30,775 nucleotides of DNA from a virus. Taxonomy: Duplodnaviria; Caudoviricetes. The stretch spans positions 1 to 30,775 of the IMG/VR virus record IMGVR_UViG_3300025018_000411; one strand, written 5' to 3'. Position numbers and translations under genes: made by a program. The notes under the pieces were generated by a model that did not search any database, had not been told where the DNA came from, and was given only the letters and a program-made list of their open reading frames with translations. Below are positions 23,476 through 30,775 of this stretch, piece after piece; position 1 is the stretch's first letter; every line of letters starts with the position of its first letter.

Positions 23476-26400
23476 TTATCTTGGTCTTGGTCTTGTCGGT
23501 CTTTCAATCCTTGTCGGTCTTTCAATTTTCTTTGGAATAACATTCTGTTCAGTGTCGCTTAATAAATATCTTTCTAATACATCAAAGGTTTGAGCTGTTC
23601 CGGCAATACCAAGAAGCGTTGCAGAACTTTCACCTATGTTCATTGCTCCTCTTTTTCTAGTAGTTTCTTTATCAGATCCTAACATCTGAACACCTCTAGC
23701 AAACTTTTCTACAACACTGACAACCGGAATTGATGGCGACATTCCATAATCAAATATTGATCTTAGCCAAGAACCAAATATCGGTATTGTTTCAGGGATT
23801 TGCATTAAGGCTTTTATTGCAAAGTTTCTCTCTCTAGTTGATTTCTTGCCCGTAACAAGCGAGTTTAGCCAGTCAACAATTTCATCCCAAACTGCAGTTC
23901 CTAGTGAGTAATAAACTATCATTGCAAATATTGCTCTCATTTTTTTAGTGAACTTTCCCTTGATAACTCCTGACATCATTAGATCGTGAGCAATTATTCC
24001 AAATCTATTTAAGACAAAGGTTTGAAAAGTTAGGATAGTTCTAAATCCTTCCCCCTTCATAAGAAGCATTGGTCTATCTGCTATTTCAGAAGATCCTTGA
24101 GTTAGCCTCATAACAAAATCTGCTTCTTGATCTGCTTCTTTATCTGACATTCCTTTGGACTTTGCAATCCTATACATTGTATTTCTTACAGCCGAAGCAG
24201 TCTTCATATCAGTGATCTTCATAGGGAGGAAAGATATATCTTGAAAGGCTTTAGCGGCTCTCCTGAAGAAACCATCACCAGTTAGCCCTGAAAGTTCACT
24301 ATCTCTTTGTATTTCCCTGATTGATAGCTCTCCTGCACCTGATCTTGATCTGAGGCCGATTGAGCGCTTCTTGGCACGAGATGAATATGTTGGATCTATC
24401 ATTGCTCCGGTAAATCTTGCAGTCAATTCAACTGCTGCTAATTCACCATAATTGGTATGAACATAAGCAATGCCATCAAATATAGCATCTAACTGCCTGA
24501 TAACTGTTGTAATCTTATATCCTAAAATAGCTTTTGAGAGGTTCATTCTAATACGAGCAAGAGTTGGATTGTGTTCTGATCTTGATAGAAAGCCTCTGTT
24601 GCTAATTGCATCAAGATAATCTTTCCAATATTGCATCCCCTTCATTCCTGAGGCTTCTCTGTAGGCCTCTGAAGTTACGATTGAGTGGATTTCAGATAAC
24701 ACCGGCTGAACATTTACATAATACATTTGACTTGAATATTCTTCAGCAACTACATTGAAGATATCCCATCTCAATATTCTGTTAACATTATTCTTTCTTG
24801 CTTTAGTGAAGCCTTGCTCAACTTCTGATTTCCGGCCGATAAAGTTTTCTCCAACAGTTGGTTCAGGAATTTCTCCCTCTCTCTTTTCGTATTTAATAGG
24901 AAGATAGTTTTGGCTCTTTTCAAAAGGTCTGTTTTCTCTTTCTTCATAGATGGCCACCAATCTATCCTCATTCTTTTCAAATACAGATCTAAGTAGTGCC
25001 ATTGCCTGAGCTTCATCTTCATTTAAAGCCGGAACATTATCCCAACCCATCTCTTTCTTAAAGATGTTTGCTTCAAACTCTTTACCCTGCTCCATTGCTG
25101 ACCAGTAGACTATTTTAGCTTGCTCCTCTTTAGTCCATTCTTCTTTTATAAGAGATAGTTTTTCAAGGAGTTCAACCATTCCTTCTCTTTCTTCTTCTTT
25201 AGCAGTTTCAATAGCTTTGGAAACTTCTTTGCCCATTTTAACATTTTCCCCCTTGTAATTCTGATAACCATCCATTATATCAAACACCCTGAAGGAGTGT
25301 ATTGCTCTTAGATATAGATTTGGATTTTTATCTATATCAAAGGTTGAGTTAGCAACTCTTGCGCTGTTTGCCTCTCTTTGTCTTTTATCATAATTGTTCT
25401 TTAACTTCAGTTTTAATTTACCGATATTAATAAGCTCAATTATGGTTTGATTTAATTCCCTGATTTGTTCAACATTCATTTGATCAGGTCTGATTTTATC
25501 TAAAGCCTTCAGTCTATTAACAACTCTCTCAGGGATGTTTAGCTCAGGATTTTTCTTTATATACTTTGATAAATCTTTTAATCTATTAAGGGTTGCCTGC
25601 ATCTGATTTTTTACAGAATATCCTTCTAATATCTCTAACACTTTTTTCTGATAATCAACTGCAATCCCCTTTCCGGTTTGAGTAGATTTTTTAACAGTCT
25701 TTGCAAGCTTCTTTAGTTTTTCTAGCTCAGCTCTTTTATCTGACTTCTCAAGCATATCATCTATTCTGATATATCCTTTGAGTAAATCCTTTTTAGTCTT
25801 TGCGTTTTTGATAAGATCAAGAAGCTTACCTTTTTCATTCAGAGGAAGTGGCTTAGCAAATTCTATTAAAGCTTTTTTAATTTCAGCAATTTCATTAAAG
25901 CGAGTGGCAAAAACTTCGTTCATAATATTGCGCATATCCTGCCTGCCCATTTTAACACCAGTGTTTATGGCTCTTAATCTCATTATCAATAGCTGCCTTT
26001 CTGATTTAGTTATCTTTCTGCTAGGAGCATTGCCAACTGCAACCCTGATGGCTTGTTTTAGAGTGGCATTTTTAGGAATAGCTTGTTTTTTAACAGCTCT
26101 TTCTGCCATAGCCTTGTCAATATAATATTGTTCCGTTGGGGTTTTTTCTCTAGCGAGATCTTTTTGAGCTTGCTCATAATAATATTCTGCCTTGAAAAGC
26201 TCTAACAATTCATTGTTATTCATCTCATCTGCTCCACTAAATAGAGTATTGTCAATATTAACATTTGGTATTCTTCTCTTTATAATTTCTTCATCAGTAA
26301 CAGTATCTAACATCCAACTTCTTCTACTAGCCATTGCCTTGAAGTTTTGATAACCAACATATTGCTCCTGAGAAAAGTTTGGAGAATATTCTCTAGCAGC

Positions 26401-29400
26401 CAAAATATCTGCTTCAGCTTGAATTTCCTCATTCATTATTCTATCCATCGTTTCTGCCCTTCTCATTTCAAGTTCAAGCCTTCTATCATCTTCTGACATT
26501 TTGGTTCTATCATCTTCCGGTGTGGCTCTGTTTAAGTCTTGAGAGTTTTTTTCTTCATCATCTATCTCTTGGAACTTTTCATTTCTATCAGCGACATAAG
26601 CATAGATGGTTTTATCATCCCTGTTTAGTTTTGAGAGAAGTCTGTTATATCCGTCTAATACTCCATAACCTCCATCTTGCCAATGACCAATAATAATTGG
26701 ATTATCTAGGTTGCCTTCGTCAAATTTACCATCTTCATATCTATTAACACCATCATCAACATATTGTGCTGCGTTGTAGTCTTTTATAAGCTCCTCCTGA
26801 TTTAGAACAGATCTAATATTAACTCTCTTGAGAGTGAAGTTCTGACCGTCGATAAGATTATAAAGCCATTCATCCTCAAAATACTTTTCAGCATTTTTTT
26901 CATCGTTCATTGATATACCAATCTTATCTAGCTCAACTTCTTTAAAATGATCAGCGACTTGTCTGCCGGAAAACTTATCTTTATTTTCCTTAACACTCTC
27001 CTCTGTTTGAAAAGCCTCAACAGCTCCTTTATCTTCAGGAGTAATGTTTGTTTCATACCAGTCATAGCCATATTGATCAACAACCTCATCTCCAAAGTTA
27101 TCCTTGCCTCTAATTTTTTGCAGATAAGCTCCGAAAGTTGTTTGATATCTGTGAGCAATTCCTTGATATTGATCATCAAGATCAGGATATCTTTCTAATA
27201 CTGTTTTAAATTCATATCCTGCTTCTTTAATTTTACTCTCAAGAAACTTTATTGCTTCTTCCCTTGTTGGGAAAGAGGTGTTTTCAAAACCATCAACAGT
27301 AATCTTTAAAATTGCCTGAGTGGCTTCTTCGTTTGGTTGAGTTATAATAGTTCCAAGAGGGGTTGATCTAACTTTTTCATCTTTAGAATAATAGTTGATA
27401 TCAGGATTTTTGAAATTGGTTTTTCTTTTAAAATCTTCTCTTTTCTCGTCAATCGCACTAATATCATCAGCCTCTTTTGGAGCATCATCTGATAAATTTT
27501 CAACTACATCTTCGTAAACTCCATTATATTTTTTATCATCCTCATAGTAATTTCTTAAATCATTTTCAACATCATAGTCTGATAATGTATAATCAGAAGT
27601 TCCTTCGGCTGCCTCAAAGCTCCCATCTCCATAAACTCTAGTAACTGTTTTTTCTTCATCCCAAAGATAAACAGTATTACCTTCTACAACATCTCCTTCT
27701 ACATCTGTTCCTTCACCACCGGAAGATTGACCATCCCAATCTTCAATTTTCGTGGCAGTAAATGCTGTTGGAAACTGGACTTTCTCAGCATCGGCAGATA
27801 ATCTAATAGCTTGTTTGATGGCCATTTCGTGCCAGTTGTTGTAGTAGAAATCTATGATAGGTTGCTTCTTGATAAGAGCTTGTTCATCTTCATCAAACTT
27901 ATTATCTTTTAATCTTTTGATATCTGCTTTAGCTTTTTTAATTTTATCAGCAAGATCATTCTTTGTTATTTCATAATCTTTTGTTGCAACATATTTCCAA
28001 TCTTGTAGTGTTTTCAAAATGTCCTTCTTCTTTCTAAACTTGTTATCACCTTCATATAAAATACTTCCTTCATAGAAATCAAGTTTATCTTTTAGACCTC
28101 TTTCCACTTCAAGGCCATAATTATAATCTTCACCAATTTCACTGGCACTTTCAATAAATCTGATAGCCTTGTCAAATGGCTTTATAGCATCACTTTTCTT
28201 TTTAACTACAGCATTATGTTCTTCAAGATCTTTTGTTCTCTTTTCAATCGCAACATCTCTATTAAACCCAAGCTCACTTTTTTCTTTCTTTTGGAATAGA
28301 TCTGATTGAATTTCTAAAACTTTTGCTGTGCCATCTTCCATAAAAGCAATTCTGATATGAGCAAAATATCCATCTTCTCTGAAATGATTATCTGAGAAGC
28401 CACTTAAAGCATCTGATTTTAGAATATAGGTTGCTATTTCTTTTATGTCAGAAGTTAATTCTCTGCTAATTGATCTGCCACCATCTTCAACACCATAATC
28501 GCTCCATTCTGAAGTTTCTTCAATTTCAATAGGTAATAGCTCAGATATAACAGCATCTCTCAGTTCCTGAATTGAGATCTTAGGATTGTCTTTGAATTGG
28601 CTATCAAGAACAGCGCTAACAATTTCCCTTTCAATATTCTTTAGTGGGAGAGATTTTGATTTAAGTAGATTTGATAAAAACTGATAGCTTGCAGTTTTTC
28701 TGTCGTTTAGTTCAGGATGTTCTAAAAACTTTGTTGTCATTCCTCCGGTTATTTCCTCCTGATACATAGCACGAACATCATTTATATTGTTATAGCTTTT
28801 AGCAAGCTTTTCTGCGGCTTCTACTTTCTGAAGCTTTGTTGGTTTTCTTGTTTCAACTTCTTTGTAAAACTCATTTATCTTATCATTAGCGCCAACAACT
28901 TTTTTTAGATTTTCTAATATCCAATCAAATAATTGTTTTAACTTACTAGATGGAGCTTTTTTTGTTTGCAAATATTTTATAAAGCCATTAGCTAATTCTT
29001 CTTCAGCTTGAACATCACTTAATTTCTTTCCGGCAAATCTTCTTTTAACTTCATTTAGCACTGTCTGCTTCTGAGTGCTATCCATCATAAGATCCATAAA
29101 TGCGTGGACAGCTTCGTGAGATGGAGTTGATTTGTGTGGACTATTTATAAATTCAACAATCGCTTGAGAATATCTGCCATAGTCTTGCTTGCCATCAGGA
29201 GTTCTTATTTTGTTTTTAAAATTAATGGGCAAATTTAGATCACGAATAAATGGAAATGACTTATATTCTTTCTCAGCCTCTTCACTGGTGATAAATTCTT
29301 CTCTCCTCATATCGGTTATTTGGCCTCTGAGGTTTTCATCTAGTTTATCTTTATTAACAATAGCGATTGTAGTGTCAGCAGGATTTGGCTGAGGGATAAC

Positions 29401-30775
29401 AAAGCCATCATATTTTCCTTCATTCCTAACTGCATCAGCTAGATCAGTTCCATTATATTTTTCAATATAGGCTTCTTCTTCAGCCGGTGTTATGAATGTT
29501 TTTAGATTGAATTTAGAGGCATCAAAGTCAAGAGTATTATCTCCAAACTCAGTTTTTGGTGCAGCAGAAAACCAAGCAGCCTCTCCCCATTTACTGTTAG
29601 AACCCATAGTAAATCCTCCTGATCTTATTTCAGTTGGATCAGCGCTTGTCTGATGAAATATTCTTGTAGCCTTATAATCAGTTTCAACAACCCTGCCTTG
29701 AGCATCTTCAATAAGCTGATCATAAGTTCCTGATTGTCCGTTCCTTTCTTTTATTTGATTAACAACATCTCGTTCTTCTGCAGTCATTCCCTCTGTTTTA
29801 CTTTCCTGAGCATATTCAACTAGAGCATCGTAAAGCTCTTTTGATTTTGTCATATCAAGACCAGTTGATTTTGATATGTTATTGACTGCTTCCTTTTCTA
29901 TTTTTTTTCTTTGAGCAGTGTCAGTTACATTAATGGCCATTGACGGAATTGAAAATGCCACTGCCTCAATAGCTAATTGTTCCATTGATGGGAGGCTAAA
30001 TTCCTGATCACCTAAACCAAGCTCAAACAATACTCCGTGTCCAACATCAGCAACTCTTTCTTCAAGCATTTCTCCTATAAGTCCATTCCATCCTGCTTTA
30101 TTGACTAAATTCATTAAGTCACTAGTTTTTTTATTTGGATTTAGTTTTAAAAACTGATTAATAAAAGCAGTTTTCATTAACTTATTTTTAACTGGAGCGG
30201 CAATTTCAGAAAACAATCCTCCACTATGTTCTGAAACTACTTCAACCCAAGTAGCACCAAATGACTGGACAAAGGCAGTTTCCAAATCTTCTCCATTGTC
30301 AGTAATTAGAATTTCAAGGTGTCTTTGATCATCTTCAGATAGCTCCATATCAGGTAGCATTCTCTCAAAAGTTCCTGCAAGGATGCGAGTTGATCCGGCA
30401 ACTAGAGCTTGCAATGTTCCACCGACAATAGAAGCTCCTGATTTTAATCCTAGTTTACCTGCACCAAGTGTCAGTTTTCCTGCTGCAGTTTTTTCAAGTT
30501 GACTTTTAATAAGCTCCTTCCCCTCCTTTGTGAGCAACTTAGTTAGAGTGGCCTCAGCGCCTTTTATGGTTGCTTTTTTCCCTGCAGTATAAATACCTCC
30601 GGTTGATAATATTTCAATAGCAAAAGCAGGCATATTTCTCACAATATCAAATGCCTTATATCCAAAACTTGTGTCTTTTTCAGCTTCAGCAATAAAATTC
30701 TGCAGGCTCATCAAATCTTCCTTTTCAGCTTTTCCTTCTTTCAATTTGTTGGCAGAAACAAGCAAGCTAGACATT
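23476..30775 (-). CDS. Giant polyvalent (probably internal virion / ejected) protein; likely extends beyond window
   Basis: >=2432 aa; ART-like segment (FHQT...AWFS...YDG), HEAVH zincin motif, AHIR...VLEIQSDLFQ domain, ParB-like (PIII...VLDGYNRL), hydrophobic helical C-terminus (TQGS, LTFQTF). Confidence 0.8.
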   Translation of the reverse strand, partial: MSSLLVSANKLKEGKAEKEDLMSLQNFIAEAEKDTSFGYKAFDIVRNMPAFAIEILSTGGIYTAGKKATIKGAEATLTKLLTKEGKELIKSQLEKTAAGKLTLGAGKLGLKSGASIVGGTLQALVAGSTRILAGTFERMLPDMELSEDDQRHLEILITDNGEDLETAFVQSFGATWVEVVSEHSGGLFSEIAAPVKNKLMKTAFINQFLKLNPNKKTSDLMNLVNKAGWNGLIGEMLEERVADVGHGVLFELGLGDQEFSLPSMEQLAIEAVAFSIPSMAINVTDTAQRKKIEKEAVNNISKSTGLDMTKSKELYDALVEYAQESKTEGMTAEERDVVNQIKERNGQSGTYDQLIEDAQGRVVETDYKATRIFHQTSADPTEIRSGGFTMGSNSKWGEAAWFSAAPKTEFGDNTLDFDASKFNLKTFITPAEEEAYIEKYNGTDLADAVRNEGKYDGFVIPQPNPADTTIAIVNKDKLDENLRGQITDMRREEFITSEEAEKEYKSFPFIRDLNLPINFKNKIRTPDGKQDYGRYSQAIVEFINSPHKSTPSHEAVHAFMDLMMDSTQKQTVLNEVKRRFAGKKLSDVQAEEELANGFIKYLQTKKAPSSKLKQLFDWILENLKKVVGANDKINEFYKEVETRKPTKLQKVEAAEKLAKSYNNINDVRAMYQEEITGGMTTKFLEHPELNDRKTASYQFLSNLLKSKSLPLKNIEREIVSAVLDSQFKDNPKISIQELRDAVISELLPIEIEETSEWSDYGVEDGGRSISRELTSDIKEIATYILKSDALSGFSDNHFREDGYFAHIRIAFMEDGTAKVLEIQSDLFQKKEKSELGFNRDVAIEKRTKDLEEHNAVVKKKSDAIKPFDKAIRFIESASEIGEDYNYGLEVERGLKDKLDFYEGSILYEGDNKFRKKKDILKTLQDWKYVATKDYEITKNDLADKIKKAKADIKRLKDNKFDEDEQALIKKQPIIDFYYNNWHEMAIKQAIRLSADAEKVQFPTAFTATKIEDWDGQSSGGEGTDVEGDVVEGNTVYLWDEEKTVTRVYGDGSFEAAEGTSDYTLSDYDVENDLRNYYEDDKKYNGVYEDVVENLSDDAPKEADDISAIDEKREDFKRKTNFKNPDINYYSKDEKVRSTPLGTIITQPNEEATQAILKITVDGFENTSFPTREEAIKFLESKIKEAGYEFKTVLERYPDLDDQYQGIAHRYQTTFGAYLQKIRGKDNFGDEVVDQYGYDWYETNITPEDKGAVEAFQTEESVKENKDKFSGRQVADHFKEVELDKIGISMNDEKNAEKYFEDEWLYNLIDGQNFTLKRVNIRSVLNQEELIKDYNAAQYVDDGVNRYEDGKFDEGNLDNPIIIGHWQDGGYGVLDGYNRLLSKLNRDDKTIYAYVADRNEKFQEIDDEEKNSQDLNRATPEDDRTKMSEDDRRLELEMRRAETMDRIMNEEIQAEADILAAREYSPNFSQEQYVGYQNFKAMASRRSWMLDTVTDEEIIKRRIPNVNIDNTLFSGADEMNNNELLELFKAEYYYEQAQKDLAREKTPTEQYYIDKAMAERAVKKQAIPKNATLKQAIRVAVGNAPSRKITKSERQLLIMRLRAINTGVKMGRQDMRNIMNEVFATRFNEIAEIKKALIEFAKPLPLNEKGKLLDLIKNAKTKKDLLKGYIRIDDMLEKSDKRAELEKLKKLAKTVKKSTQTGKGIAVDYQKKVLEILEGYSVKNQMQATLNRLKDLSKYIKKNPELNIPERVVNRLKALDKIRPDQMNVEQIRELNQTIIELINIGKLKLKLKNNYDKRQREANSARVANSTFDIDKNPNLYLRAIHSFRVFDIMDGYQNYKGENVKMGKEVSKAIETAKEEEREGMVELLEKLSLIKEEWTKEEQAKIVYWSAMEQGKEFEANIFKKEMGWDNVPALNEDEAQAMALLRSVFEKNEDRLVAIYEERENRPFEKSQNYLPIKYEKREGEIPEPTVGENFIGRKSEVEQGFTKARKNNVNRILRWDIFNVVAEEYSSQMYYVNVQPVLSEIHSIVTSEAYREASGMKGMQYWKDYLDAISNRGFLSRSEHNPTLARIRMNLSKAILGYKITTVIRQLDAIFDGIAYVHTNYGELAAVELTARFTGAMIDPTYSSRAKKRSIGLRSRSGAGELSIREIQRDSELSGLTGDGFFRRAAKAFQDISFLPMKITDMKTASAVRNTMYRIAKSKGMSDKEADQEADFVMRLTQGSSEIADRPMLLMKGEGFRTILTFQTFVLNRFGIIAHDLMMSGVIKGKFTKKMRAIFAMIVYYSLGTAVWDEIVDWLNSLVTGKKSTRERNFAIKALMQIPETIPIFGSWLRSIFDYGMSPSIPVVSVVEKFARGVQMLGSDKETTRKRGAMNIGESSATLLGIAGTAQTFDVLERYLLSDTEQNVIPKKIERPTRIERPTRPRPR

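Noticed and set aside
17862-29392. Shadow ORFs at 17862, 24771, 25778, 26928, 26947, 29189
   Set aside because: Fully inside bet or the giant gene, no independent support
30772-30775. ATG at 30774 as true start of the giant gene
   Set aside because: At the window edge; the frame probably continues upstream

Overview
An AT-rich segment of a tailed dsDNA phage (podovirus-like; no host genes, integrase, tRNA or CRISPR array seen). A divergent control region at about 17036-17228 has two near-consensus sigma70 promoters, a perfect DnaA box and a small ribbon-helix-helix gene. Leftward (minus strand) are a Cys-rich peptide, a 3D-domain muralytic protein, a lambda-O-like initiator with an internal iteron origin, RusA, TerS, a DUF2829/Tad2-like gene, TerL, portal, a glycosyltransferase/cytidylyltransferase cassette, scaffold, major capsid protein, adaptor, tail fibre, a DNRLRE-domain protein and a holin-like gene. 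Rightward (plus strand) are Bet/RecT plus YqaJ exonuclease, small early genes, a DUF6948 / poly(Gly-X) / pentapeptide-repeat module, a two-domain beta-clamp-like protein and a peptide deformylase. These converge at a bidirectional terminator with a >2400-aa polyvalent (probably ejected) protein. The most interesting unexplained signals are three structured RNA leaders (uORF/attenuator before the initiator, a ~220-nt two-domain ncRNA heading the late operon, a two-state switch before the capsid gene), the head-module glycosylation cassette and the repeat module. Family assignments come from motif recognition by eye, not database searches. A Patescibacteria (CPR)-like host is only an inference.
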